Of a DNA stretch of 64,000 nucleotides, positions 45,603 through 60,669 are shown piece by piece. Positions within the stretch are counted from its first letter, which is position 1, and every line of letters begins with the position of its first letter. This DNA comes from the human T2T-CHM13v2.0 reference genome, Homo sapiens. A program made the translations under genes and the position numbers. A model generated the notes under the pieces. The model was not told the DNA's origin. It worked only from the letters and a program-made list of their open reading frames with translations, and did no database searches. The stretch lies in the NCBI RefSeq assembly GCF_009914755.1, contig NC_060925.1; one strand, given 5' to 3'.

Positions 45603-46099
45603 TCCAGGCCAGGAACACTTTGTCCGGAAGAAGTTTGTTTTCACATTTAGGTGGCTACGTTCTCCACCCAAGGGGCATAGCCAGGGTGGGAGCTAGAAGT
45701 GGGGCACATGAGCAGGATTTGGGGCAGAGGTGGGGGGCTGCCTTCCCACGTTGGACATTTCCAGGAGAATGCTCGTCAGATACCAGAGTCATGCTTTAAC
45801 ATCTGATGGTGTCTATCTGCCCACTCCCCCTCCTTGGGGGCTGGGGAGGGGGGAGCTCTAACATCCCAAATGGTACCCAAGCCTTCTCTTCACCCCTCCT
45901 GCCATAGTCCCCTAAACAGCACAAACCAAGCCCAAGGGCAGAGCCAGTGAGGTCTGCCCCACCCAGGGCAATTTGGTCCAGTGTTCTCCAACCTTGCTGA
46001 CATTTCAGCGTTGGTACTGGTCCCCTATCCACCCTGCATTCCCTCCCACGTGGCTCTGTAAAAATCTCCCCCTTGCCCTCTCCCCCAAGGCTGTGGTCA

Positions 46100-46351
<252 letters not shown>

Positions 46352-47009
46352 TTATGGAAAATTACATAAACTATAAACTGTGAGTTTTGTCTACTGGGAC
46401 CTTTATGGGTAGGTCCAGTTATATCATGTGGAGTGTTATTAAAGGCCAGATGGGAGAAATGAAAAGAATCCTTTAAGCAAAGTCCCTTTGTCATTCTAGA
46501 AGGGCTGAAGTACAACTAATATTTGGGCCACATGGTGTTTTTCCTTCGTTCCTCACTCAATTGTCAGGCCTGAGGCAGGGGCATAGACCCAGCCAACCTC
46601 CTCACATCTGGCCCTGGAGAAGGTCAGAACCCCAGGACCCTACAACTCAGACGTTCAGCTCAGGGTGCCGGTACTCCCTGCTTCACTGTAAACTCCAGGA
46701 GGGCATGGGATGTGTTAATTGTGTTACACAACTGGGTATCCCCAGTATTGAGCATGGTGCTTGGCACACAGTTGTTTCTCAATGATTGCTGGTTGGATGA
46801 ATCAATGAGTTAATGACAGGATGAATGAATACAGTCCAAGGCAGGGAACTCCACAGGACACTGGGAGGCCTAGGCACAGCTGCTGGCTGTCTCTGGTCTT
46901 GCAAAGTCTGTTATTTATGCCTCTGTCCACATGTCCCATCCTGGGCTTCCCCATTCTCAGCTGCCTCTTTCCCACCACCACTGTCTCTTCCTGCAACCAG
47001 ACCCTCAGC

Positions 47010-47409
47010 CCCTAAGGTAGTCATTAGAGCTATTCCTCTTTCAAGGGCACATGATTGGATTTCACTGCCCACCCCTTTTGAAGTTATGCAAGGTCACGTG
47101 ACTGCTGTGACCAATAAAATGAGAGCAGAAGTGCTGTACATCATGTCTCTGTGGAAACTTTATAAGCCTGTGTGTGATCTGCACACAGTTTCCTTTTCCG
47201 GCCTCGGTAATTGTGGAAGCAAGTGTCAAGAGGGAAGTCTCATCAATCTGGGCCCCTAAGTGACTCTAAGGAGCAGACATCCCTGATGACCCATGTTAAA
47301 TATGTAGCTTCAGTGGTCTGTGTGAGATATAAGCTCCTGATTTTTAAGCCGCTGGGATTTGGAGGTTGTAAGTTAACACCGTGTAGCCTAGCCCACCCAG
47401 ACTAGCACA
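47010..47409 (+). mobile_element. MLT1(I/J-like) LTR
   Basis: ggtcacgtgactgctgtgaccaataaaatgagagcagaagtg...tttaagccgctgggatttggaggttg...cagactagcaca. Confidence 0.75.
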
Positions 47410-49013
47410 CCTCCCCAAGGCTGATGATGAGGATGATGATGACATCCACTATTACTGCTTCTGTCACTGCCATCACCACTGCCATTGACTGGGGGTTGAC
47501 TCCACCTCAGTCAGGCACTGAGCTTACATACGTAATCATGTTCACTCTTTGCAAAACAAAATCCCCTGTGAGGTTGGTGCTATTATTACCTCCTAGGAAA
47601 GCTGAGGCTTACGGAGGTTGAGTAACTAGCCTTGGGTTAGCAAGTTGCAGAGCTTGGATTCAGACCTAGGCAAGACAGCGTAAATCCAGAGATTTTAAGC
47701 TAAGCCGCCTCCCATGTCAAAGGAACCTCTGCTCCTTTGTACTCCCTTACTATGGAGCTATCAGATGCCAAAAATTCCCTGAACAAGACTGGGGAGGAAT
47801 AAAGAGCTACATAGCACTTCTCTCTCTGCAAAGTTTTGTAGATTTCTCGAGGTAATCAGTTTCATAAAAGATAGTCTAATATACCCAATCCTCTTTTTTT
47901 TTTAATGCTATAACCTTCAAGAATTATCTAAAATAGTTGTCAAGTATTCTTAATAGAAACTTATATTAGGAAGTTTAATTAACAAAGAAGATTATAATAA
48001 GGGTAGTAGTCGTCAACTCTTACTGATGACTTACTATGCTAATTGCTACACATGTGTTATCTCATTTAAATGCATGCATTTATGAAGTTATTATCCCTAT
48101 TTTATAGAGAAGAAAACTAAGGCCAAGTAGGTTAAGAGACTAGATCAAGGATACAGAGCTAATGAAATTAGAGCTGAGATTGAATCTCAAGACTTCTGTC
48201 TCTAAATCCCCCGTGACACATAATAGTGCTACAACCACAGCCAACAGTAATAAGCTCATGTGTATCGATAACTTACTATGTGTCAGGGCTTAATGTGGAT
48301 TATCCTTGTGACAATGGCAACACTAAATGGCACGTACTATTATCATCCTCGTTTTATAGGCGGGGATTATTACCCCATTTTCAGTAAATTGAGGCTTAGA
48401 GAAACTAAATAATTACATAGAGCTATATCAAACATTGGGAGAGTAAATTGTGTATGTGTATTGTCACTTCCTGGGTAACCCCAGTTTTCAAAACCCATCC
48501 ATCCATCTCACTGCAACTACTAATGCTTTCCTCCATTTCTCAGGTGGACACATGAGACCTTAGAGGTGGGGAGGGGCGTGCCTATTGCTACATCCCATTG
48601 TTACAATACAGGTTTGCATCTCAGCAGTGAGGAGGGACTCTTTCTTGGCTCCATCTCAGCACAGGCCCAGCATCTCTGGTTGTTGGACTGTGATTTCCCC
48701 ATTTACTGCCCGGGGAGCTACAGATCATGCAGTCTCCATTGCCTGTCTAGGCCACTCTCCACTCAGTGCATACATATCAACGAAACCCCATCTACAATCT
48801 CCAGAGAGGGAAATTCAATCCCTTCCTTTGGCGGTCACCACTTTGCTTTCTTTCTCTGCTGTGTTGCTTCATTAGTTTGGCTAGTTAATCTCTTCCTGTG
48901 CACCTGTGATTGTCCAGTGACCTATTTAATCATTCTGTCCTTCACTTTCTCTGTTGTTCATCTTCATATTGCAGAGTGGTAGTTGCCCGGCAGGGATTTG
49001 GAGGGGAGGATTC

Positions 49014-49225
49014 TTTTTTTTTTTTTTTTTAATTTTTTAAAATTTTATTATTATTATACTTTAAGTTTTAGAGTACATGTGCACAATGTGCAGGTTAGTT
49101 ACATATGTATACATGTGCCATGCTGGTGTGCTGCACCCATTAACTCGTCATTTAGCATTAGGTATATCTCCTAAAGCTATCCCTCCCCCCTCCCCCCACC
49201 CCACAACAGTCCCCAGAGTGTGATG
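49014..49225 (-). mobile_element. Young 5'-truncated L1PA (PA2/PA3-like) 3' UTR, ~210 bp
   Basis: Near-consensus L1PA 3' end with GAG rather than the L1Hs ACA diagnostic; 18-bp TSD ttggaggggaggattctt (48998-49015 and 49226-49243). Confidence 0.93.
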
Positions 49226-49299
49226 TTGGAGGGGAGGATTCTTAAATGCAATGTCTCTTTCACATTTGAAAAGATGATTGACCTCACTCTTAAACATAA

Positions 49300-51635
49300 A
49301 AATACATATTAAAAGCACAGTGAAATATTGTTTCTCATCCATCAGATAGGCAAAATCCAAAGTTTAATGACACATGAGGCCGTGAGAAACCAAGGATTCT
49401 AGGACCTTGCTGGTGAACGTGCAATATGGTACAACTGCTGTGCAGAGGAATTTGGTAATATCCAACAAAATGCATATGCATTTACTCTCTGACCCAGCAA
49501 TTCTATTTCTAGAACTCTCCCAAAGATACACTGGCAAAAATATGAAATGACATATATGTACAAGGTTATGCAAGGTAGCACTATTTGTGATAGCAAATGT
49601 ATGGAAACAGCCCAAATGTTCAGTGGTAGAGATCTAACTGAATAAACTAGGGTAATCAACAAAATGGACTATTTATGCAGCTATAAAACAAGAATGAGGG
49701 ATATTCTATATAATATCATGGAGTGGTTCCCAGACTATGTTGTTAAGTGAATAAAAGCATGGTAGAGATTAGTAGGTATGGTATGATTCTCTTTATCTAA
49801 GAAAGGGGCAGAGGCATACACACATATTCACTCATATTAACAATCACTGAAAGGATAAACCAAAAACTAAAAGATTATTCACAGAAGGACGGAGGGAACA
49901 GGGTAGAGAAGATAGGGATAGAAGCTAGGCTTTCTCAGAATATACCTTTTTTATATATTTAGCTTTGGAACTATGTAAATATTTTAAATAATTAAAATGA
50001 AAGATTAAGCAAATCAATAAACTGATAAGCAATTTCTAGAAACTCAGAAGCAGAGTGAAATAAATGAATGCAATGCTAGATTAGTTGGTAGCATAATCCC
50101 ACATGAAGAAACTAGTAAAAGAGATTTTAAAACACAATAATTTGATAGCCTACCTTAATAGGATACAAAAAGAAATGAAAAAAAAAAAAACCCTTAAACT
50201 ATTCTCTGTAATTATATTATTGTTGGTAGCCATTGGTATTACTACTTTGGGACTCTTAGGCATGTCCTATGAATTGGGAAATTATATTAATGGTGTTGGG
50301 AACTGGGATTTTCAGCAAGAGTGAAAGGAGATATGGATATGATATTAAAGAAGTTAAGTAAAAAAGAAAAAGTGTTTTTACATTGGAAATGAAATAAACC
50401 CATGACGAATTTTCTTTTAAAAACTGTTTCCTAGCTGTGTTCATTGAAAAGGCTTAGAAACAGGAACGAAGTCAATAATAAAAAGTACCCCTAGTGCCCA
50501 AATTTTAAATATCAGTTTCCACTAAAAGGAACCAGGGTTTCTAGGAGAAATAACTGATTCTGGGTCAGAGACAGAAAATGTACAAGATGATGTTAGGCCA
50601 ACTTCAAAAGGCTCCCACTAGCCAATGACACAATTTGAGCATTAATTAGAACAAACTGCAGTAGATTTAAATACATAAAGTATGTTTGGATTGTAATGAT
50701 ATTTAAAAATGTGCAACTTTGGAAGGTGTTAGGGAATCAACTCATTAATACAAAAACCGGCAAATACAAATAATTATTTCCTTGCTTTTCCTTTACAAAC
50801 TGTATCTCGGAGTAACCAAATAGTTGATGAGGACAAGTTTTCTTTAAGTGTAGCATTTCAGCTTATGAAAAAATAAATTATAGCATGTTACCATTTTGTA
50901 ATTCCTAGGGTATGATCATTAATGGTTCCTAATGACCCCAAAAGAGAGATACCCAAATATCATATGATTCTGTTGAAGACATTGCCTACAAGATATTCTC
51001 GCTAAAAAAATGAAAGTTCAATCTGATTAAGTTTCTAGATCTTACTGCCAATTAAAGGGAACATAAAAGAGAGACAATTGTGTTAAACAACCTCCCAGGG
51101 AAGCAACTGGCAAAATTCCGAATGCAGGAGACTCCTCATTCTGAATAATTCTCATTTATCTCCAGATAAATGACCCGACTTCTGCAACAACAAAAAAATC
51201 TCAAGGGGGTGGGGAGTAGACACCTATAGATTAGAAAAGACTTGAGACATATCAGCCAATTATAATGTATGAAGCTAACAAGGATACTGACTTAAAAATA
51301 CTATCAAAGAACGTATTAGCCAATCATGGAAATTTGATTATATTAATTGTTTTTAATTTTTTAAAATGATAGCAATGTGGTTATGTTTTAAAGAGCTAGT
51401 TTTATCTGTTGGAGACACATTACTAAAATGTCATAGATGAAGTGTGATGACTGAAATTTGCTGCGAAATAATCCCAGAACCAGCAGGGTGGTTGTGGGGG
51501 AATGGGTGGGGATATAAATGAAAACAAAATAGGCCATGAGTTTATAATTGTTGAGGTTGACTGATAGGTACATGTGGGTTCATTATACTATTCTCTCTGT
51601 TTTGGTATATGTTTGAAATTTTTCATTTAAACAAG
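49300..51635 (+). mobile_element. L1MC-type 3' region
   Basis: gacccagcaattctatttctagaa...ggaaacagcccaaatgttca...catgtgggttcattatactattctctctgttttggtatatgtttgaaatttttca. Confidence 0.75.
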
Positions 51636-51866
51636 GTGAAGGCAAAAACAGGGAAGCACACACATGTCTGTGTGCGTGCACATGCACACACACACACACA
51701 CAAAGAAAAGAAGGAAAAAGAAGGAAGGATCCTCTCTTGAACAGGGAGAAGAGCTCAGCAATAAGACAAAAGAGGGACCCTGTGACTGTCCCAGCACCTG
51801 GTACTCACTAGATGTTCAATATTTGTTGAAGGAATGAAATACTGGTTGATAGGCAGGGATACTGGG

Positions 51867-52250
51867 TGTTATGGATGGAATTGTGTCCTCCCAAAATGTA
51901 GAGGTTGAAACCCTAGCCACCAATGTGACTGCATTTGGAGAGAGAGCCTTTCAGGAGGTAAATAAGGTTAAATGAGGTCATGAGGATAGAGCCCTAGTCC
52001 AGTAGGACTGGTGTCCTCATTATAAGAGGAAGACACCAGGGGTGCATGTGCACAGGAAAACAGGCCACGTGAGAACACAGAGAGGAAGTGGGCATCTGCA
52101 AGCCAAGGAGAGATGCTTCAGGAGAAACCAGCCCTGCCAGTACCTTGATCTTGAACTTCCAGCTTTCAGACCTGTGAGAAAATAAATTTATGTTGTTTAA
52201 GGCACCAAGTCTGTGGCACTGTGTTACGGCAGCCCAGGCTGACTGATACA
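51867..52250 (+). mobile_element. MLT1A-family solo LTR
   Basis: tgttatggatggaattgtgtcctcccaaaa...aggttaaatgaggtcat...gactgataca; approximate TSD ctg(g/a)g. Confidence 0.88.
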
Positions 52251-53087
52251 CTGAGCTTCTGATGAGGGGTTGCTGTCCCCTGTGAGGGATGAGCCACTTC
52301 TCCTGACCCTGATGCTAAAGTTGTGCAAGGCAAAGAGGAATAGGGAATGGTGACAGAATAGAATACAGAGAACAAATACTCATTGAGCACTGAGCTCTAC
52401 AACATGCCAGGCTCTGACCTTCATGTATGCTTTTGCTTCCCCTGTGTGTTAGTCTTCACAGCCACCTATAAGGCGGGCACAGACATTAACCTCATTTCAT
52501 AGCTGAGGGAACATACTTGAGGTACAAAGAGCTTAGGCGACTGGCCAGGAACACACACTAGGAAGTCGCAGGGTCAGGATTTAAACCTGGGCAGTCCAGC
52601 TCCAGAGCCTGCATTTTTAACCACTCTGGGTGGACGTGGGAATGCCCACCTCAACCACTGCTTCTGTAACGGGATGTAGGCTGCTGCTAAGGGGTTTTGT
52701 TGACTAGCTGTCCAGTGTGAGTGACCAGAAGTAGTGGAAGTCCTTTCCTCTGACCAGAGTGCCTCTGGAGTTACTCAGCCCTGCGGCTGGAAGTGTTGCC
52801 TCCTACTCTCTAGCTCTGCCTCCCCACTACCCACCTGTGCCCCTTACCACCTGTCTTCCACTGTTTTGTGGTAGAATATAAGCAGAATGAACTTGGGACT
52901 CAGACCTCACTTGGAGGTTAAAAGTGATGATTCTGGAATCAGAATATCTGGATTTGAACCTTGACTCTCTCATTCACTTAGCTATGGTCTTAAGCAAGTT
53001 ACATAACCATTTTGAGCTTCAGTTTCTTCATCTGTGAAGTGAGGATAACAATACCTCCTCATGAAGAGTCAATGGGGCAGTGGATGT

Positions 53088-53454
53088 TGATATGGTTGGG
53101 CTCTGTGTCCCCACCCAAATCTCACCTCGAGTTATAATCCCCATAATCCCTGCGTGTCAAGGGCAGGACCAGGTGGAGGTAATCGGATCATGGGGGCAGT
53201 TTCCCCCATGCTGCTGTCATGATAGTGAGTCGCAGGAGATTTGATGGTTTGCATCTGGCATTTCCCTTGCTTGCACTCACTCTGTCCTGACGCCCTGTGA
53301 AGAAGGTGCCTGCTTCTCTTTTGCCTTTCACCATGAGTGTAAGTTTCCTGAGGCCTCCCCAGCAATGTGAAACTGTGAGTCAATTAAACCTTTCCTTTAT
53401 AAATTACCCAGTCTTGGGCATTTCTTCATAGCAATGTGAGAATGGACTAATACA
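53088..53454 (+). mobile_element. THE1(D-like) solo LTR inserted in a MIR
   Basis: tgatatggttgggctctgtgtccccacccaaatctc...atggactaataca; 5-bp TSD gatgt. Confidence 0.92.
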
Positions 53455-53921
53455 GATGTAAAGCAATTGGCCTGGTATTTAGCACATAGTATGTGCTCAA
53501 TGATTACCAGCTGGGTGATTTTGGGAACGTCAACTCACCTCACTGTTTTTGCGGATTCTCATGGATAAAGCACAATTACATCTTTCTTGCAAGAGTGGCA
53601 AGAAGATTAAATGAGAGATTGCTAGAAATGCAGTAACTACCCTTATAGTTCTTCCTTAATGCCAAAATGAGCTACCACCACCACTTAGATTTCTTTGTGG
53701 TCATGAGGAGAACTGACCTTCTTTCTTTATTACAGTACTTGCTTTTTTCCTGATTTTAAAAGTAACACATTTGGTGTAGATAGAGAATAAATGTGGATGT
53801 GTTTATACCAAACTGTTAAACCATTTTCCTCTGGGGAGTGGGACTGGGAAATGAGCATTTCCACTTTGAGCTGTATTGCACTTGTGCATCATTTGAAATT
53901 TTTACAACCACCAAGTATTCC

Positions 53922-54026
53922 TTTATTTGTTTATTTGACAGAGTCTAGCTCTGTCGCCCAGGCTGGAGAGCAGTAGTACAATCATAGCTCACTGCAGCCT
54001 CTAATTCCCAGGCTCAAGCAACCCTC
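53922..54026 (-). mobile_element. 5'-truncated AluJ/FLAM fragment
   Basis: ctctgtcgcccaggctggag...atcatagctcactgcagcctc; TSD cc(a/g)agtatt(c/t)cttta. Confidence 0.85.
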
Positions 54027-54064
54027 CGAGTATTTCTTTAAAATTTAAAAAATGAAAATACAGG

Positions 54065-54449
<385 letters not shown>

Positions 54450-55797
54450 TCAGCTCTTTGTCTTTTAATAGGGAGTTTAATTACTTTTATTATCATAACT
54501 GATATGTTTGTCTTCTGCTGTCATTTTGTTTCATGCTGTCAATTTCCGATGTCTCCATGTGATGTCCTGTCTTCTTTGTCTTATGCATTAGGCAATGTAT
54601 TTCCTTTTAATTTTCTACGGGGATGTCGAAAGTAGAAATCCTGCTTTTCGTTCTATTTGGAGATGCTTTTAAGTCTTTCATAGAGGTGTTGGAAACTATA
54701 TTCTCTTCAGTGATATAATTCAAGAAAAATACAGTAACAGGGTAGCCAAGAGTCTGGATTTGAATTCTGGCTCCATCATTTACAAGCTGGGAAGATCCTA
54801 CGCAGGTGACTTAACCTGTCTGTGTCCTAGCAGGGACAATAACGACATCTATTTCCTAGGACTGGTGCAAGGTTGAAATGAGGTGACACTGTAAGACACT
54901 TATCCTAGTGGGGTATGATTATTTTTCCTTTAAAGAGACAAGGAAGAGGTAAGTGTAGGGGAGAGAAAGTCAGGCAGGTACGCCGGTGTAGCTGCCTTCA
55001 CTACCCGGAAGTCTTTCTTGGGAAATTTCTGATTTTACACCTAAGGGACTCCTGTGTCCTGTGAACTCAAGATCACAGACTTGGTCAATCTAGCCCATTC
55101 ACTTCCGTATTGTCTAAGGCTGCTGTTGCATTAGGACAGCAGAGTTATAGCCCACACAGTCGAAAATACTTCCTCTCTGGCCCTTTAAGAAAAAGTTTGC
55201 CGACCCCTGCTTTAGATCCTCCAGATAATCATCCTTCTTTCTAAATTTAGGAGAAGCCATCGTCTCTCTTGTCCTATTATAGCCTCTCAAAAGCTAAGTG
55301 GCTCTTAGCATATATTAAAAGATTTTCTAAAAGACCATTAGCTTCTGCATTTAATTGTCCACAAGGTGGGGACACTTAATCAAAAACAAAACTAGAAAAA
55401 AAACGGAAAAGACAAAGATGCTGATTGCAAAGCAGAGCTCTACCAAGGCTCAGACAAAAGGAGGGAGAGGAGCCAAGAAGGGACAGGTTCCCAGGGGCTT
55501 CTTTAGCCAGCTCTGTCTAAGGTTTTAAGGCTGGGATTCAGCCACCCTAAGTGGCATCAGGCTCTCACACTCTGCCTGGCATGCAACTTCCCAGATCCCT
55601 GAAAACCAGGCTGGCATCAAATGCCCATCGCTCTGAGAAAACCGAGCGGGCTCTCCCTGGGGTCAGGGTCTCCAATAGACTGTCCCTTACTTCTAGTGCC
55701 TACTGCCCCAACCCTACAGCATTTCCCCCTCCAGGGACAGAATGAAAAAGACCTTTTTAACTTTAAAATGAAGACCTTGCTTATGAAATAGTGAGCC

Positions 55798-56053
<256 letters not shown>

Positions 56054-58511
56054 ATAGTGAGCCACTTGAAGATCCATTAACAAAGGTCAAATTATCTCAT
56101 GTGTTCATACATGGCCTTGAAGGTTTCAATGCATCGCAGAGCTAAAGTCTAAGAGCACTTGATTCAGGAGGGTGGCAGGTGGAGAGGAGGATTGTGCAGT
56201 TACTAATTCCTGAGGGTTCCTCAGAGCAGTCAACTAATTTGGGACTAAGCCCCTGCAGGCTCAGGGGCAATGGGAATCTGGCCTTCTGCCCTGAGACCAC
56301 TCACAGTCTTGTTGGGCAGACAGGACCAAGGCCTGTGGAACTGGTAAATGTAATAATGGTAAGAACCAGTATCCAAGAAAGTGGTCCAGTGGTGGTGGCC
56401 CATGAAAAATAATAGAAATTAGGAGAAGGAAGAGATCAGGTGAGCTAGAGACAGCAGGGAAGATCTCAGAGATATGAACCAACACAACGAAAACTAAAGA
56501 AATTAGAAGTGGTCAATGAGTGCAAGGGAAAATGAGGGGGCTGGTCTGTAGGAAGGTGAAAGACCACCGATTCACAACCCTCCAGACTGGGTTCTGCATG
56601 GATGCTTTGTACGGTGACCTGTTTCACCAGCAAAGAACTCCATCAGATATGCATACTTATTCCCCTGTTGCCAGTGAGGGACCTGAGGTCTAGGTCTAGT
56701 TACTTAACCTAAGCCCATTAATTCTACAGCTGGGAAGCATGGAGACTGAGTTTCGTGTTGTTTCTCTAACTCCAAAGCTTCTGTTCTTTCCAAAAGTGCT
56801 GATTGCACTGAGGAAGAATGGCAGATGAGGTTGTACAGACCACACTGCGGGAAGTTTGGAAGTCAGAAAAAAATGTCTATTCATGTCACGGTTGGGGCAA
56901 GTTCCTGGAAGGATGGAAACGCACCACTTGATCCCCCAAAGTGGAGCAAATATTGATCTGGTTGGTCCAATGAAGAAATAGTTAAAATCAAGTTAACGCT
57001 AATGGCCAACACTTATTGAGTGTTACCTCTCACCAGGCACTGCTCCAAGAACTGTGCATGCTCAAGACAACTCTTCAAGCGGGTTCCCATTATCAACCTG
57101 CATTTTACAGTGGGGCAACTGAGGCACAGAGAGGTCAAGTTACTTCCCCAGGGTGGCTTGGATGATAAGTTGCAGGGTGGAGACAGCAGGCAGTCTGGTG
57201 AGAGTCGGGGCTCTGGAGGCCTTTCATTGATATGCGTCTCATTAGGGAGGCTCTAGCCTAGTTAAAAGGCCATTCATTCATTCATTTATTCGGTGACTCA
57301 TCAACCAGTATTGATTGAGCATCTACCAAGTATCAAACAACACACCAGCTGTGGGAATATGAGGCCAAGGAAGATTCCCTAACCTCATGGAGTTTACGTG
57401 ACAGTGAAGGCGCAGCTTATGAGGACTTACTTTATACCAGGACTGCCTACTCCATACACATCTGATAATTATCATTATCCCTCCTTTTTTTTCCAGCTGG
57501 AAAATACAAAGGCTCAAGGGGAAAAGTGAATTGCCAGGATCCCAGCTTGGGCCCCTCTCACTCAAATGCCCACCTGGACTGCTTGCCACCTCCAGTGTTC
57601 TCAGTGGTCCCTTGTCTCCCATCGAGCCATTTGTAAGCTCTGGGTAATACTCTCTCTCAGGCATGCTCCCTTCTTCATTCTCCTGTCCTTCCTGTTCATG
57701 GCCACTATGCCCAGATTTGAGTTTAGGAATTGGGTTAAGTCAAGAGGTCTCTTAAGTCTCTATCCTCTTTCTATCACATGAAATGTGAGAAGAAGGTTTC
57801 TGCCTCCTAAAAGGAGAGAATCACAGCCTTCGTCTCCTTGGATACTGTCAGTTTCCCCAAGGGGCCCTTGGGATACTCACTATTCATCCATTATTCACAA
57901 ATATTTATTAAGCACCTATTCCGTGCCAGGTACCACGGTTGGTACACAATGCTTGGTACACAAATTTGCCTGGTGCACAAATGCTTGGTACACCATGCTT
58001 GGTACACAAATTTAACCTGACTCCTGCCTCAAGAAGCTTTATCTGTATTTTAAATGTCTGTAGTTTGGTGGAACAGATGGCTGGTCTTGAAAATTGAGTC
58101 AAAAACTGTCTTGTGTGGCGAGGCAGGACTGAAGAACTGCCATCATCAGCCGTGTGCCTGCTGCAAGCTGTGTTTCTTCTGGCTGGTTGGCCCTGAGTCT
58201 CCTGGAGACTGACCACAAGGATATAAAGTCAGCATTTAACAGGGCACAAAGGCCGAGACTGGGAGACATCCCAGGGAATTGGGGAAAATAAACATGTGGA
58301 GAAGGAAAGAGTGACAGGCAGCTTGAAAGACCCGAAAACTCGCAGCGCTGCCAATGCTACTTTGGGCTGCCGGAGCTCCCCTGGGCAGGAGCTGGAAACA
58401 GGGATCTTAATGGCTGTGATACCGAAGAGAGTTCTCATTTGAAAGAAGAGGTGCTTTTGATGCCTGACAATCCAGAGCCGTTTCTCTACTTTAATCTCTG
58501 GTTATAATTTA

Positions 58512-59054
<543 letters not shown>

Positions 59055-59842
59055 TTAAGCAGGTGCTCATTAAACTTGATTTCCTGCCTTCCTGAGCACC
59101 TAATCCCACTGCATTCTAATGGACATTTATAGATCAGGCAATAAGCTAAGTGTTTCTGCTGTTAGCTCATTTACACCACATAATGATTCTATGAAGTAGC
59201 TCTTGTTACCCTACTTTACAAATGAGGAAACTGAGGCTCAGTGTGGTTAATGAGCTGATCTGTCTCCTCAATGTCAAATCCATTCCAAGATTCCCTAACT
59301 TCAGACAGTTATGGGATCATTTCTGCTTGAGGTGAGCTGGACTCTAAATTCTGTGACGCTAATAGACTCTAAGCATCATAAAGGAGGTGCCCTAGAATTA
59401 ACCCTGTCTGAAGCTATTTCCTTTATTTCCTTGCCTATTGTCAGGGCTGCCTCTCACTCTACCCAGGCAATTGATAATGCAGAGTGGGGAGAGGACAGAG
59501 TCAGAACGCTGTAGATTTAATCATGCTTTGCCTTTTATTCGTTACATGGTCCTGGACAACTTATGCAATTCTGATGAGCCTTAGTTTCCTGACTGATAAT
59601 ATGGAGATCATCCTTCACTTGCAGGGTCATTCTGAGATAGAAATAAAATGAAAGTTGATGTGAATATGAGAGTGGCAATTGTTCGGTGCGGCACGTGACA
59701 GATGGTAAGTGCTCACTGAAGATGAGTTCCCTTCCTTCTTCCCTCCTCTGCATGGGAAGATACTCTTTCCTGCTCAGTCTCTACCAAGCATGTTCCCTGC
59801 CTTCCTCCAGCAGGGGCATCACAGTTCTCTTACTAAATGTCT

Positions 59843-59892
59843 CCGAAGCCAGGCTCTATTTTCACCCCGAAGCCAGGCTCTATTTTCACCCC
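59843..59892. repeat. Perfect 24-bp tandem duplication
   Basis: ccgaagccaggctctattttcacc x2. Confidence 0.95.
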
Positions 59893-60669
59893 TGTTGTTC
59901 TGAGGATGGCAGCTTTCCAGTGGAGACCAGGATCCATGGCTGCATGGGTATGGGCCACTTGAAAAAAAAATTTCTTGGCCTCTGAAATTCCCTAGTGATA
60001 GAAACATTTGCACATTCAGAAACAGCAGTGGCCCTAGGGGCTGCTGGATCTTGCTAGAGGCAAGAGGCCTGCAAACCTGACCCTTCCCATTGCAGATGAG
60101 GTAAGGGAGCCTCTGATGTGGAGATGACTGTGATGATCCCATGCAGGGCTTCAGTTGAGTGCCCAACACCCTTCCATTTGAACGCTTAGGTCAGCCCAGA
60201 CTTGAGTCTCCCAACCTTTCTTCGTTGGAAACTATGACCACGAAGTCACCCTGACATTTAGAAATATGGTGTGGGAAAAAAAATGATGCTTGGGGCCCAG
60301 AAGTCCAGGCATTTTTCTTTCAAATGCATCAGTCATACACATGTAGGCACAGATACATACACCCACATATGAACACACACATACACGCGCGCGCGTGCAT
60401 GCGCACACACACAAGCGCAAATGCACATAGCAGGAATATGGAGTTATTTCCAACATCTGGGAGCAAAAGCTCTGAGTCAAGGACCCACTTCTCCCTGTGT
60501 ACCTTTCCAAACCTCAGTTTTCTGGCATGTGAAAGGGGTAGATCTTGCTTTATGGAGTTTTTGTTGTGAGGCTTCCAGTGATGACTGTTGAGTGCTCAGC
60601 ACCAGGTTCAGCCCACAGGAGGTGCTTAATGGATGGCAGCTACTGTCATTGTTGTTCATTATGTTCCAT

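Noticed and set aside
60595-60615. REST/RE1-like CTCAGCACCAGGTTCAGCCC
   Set aside because: The essential GGAC core of the right half-site is broken
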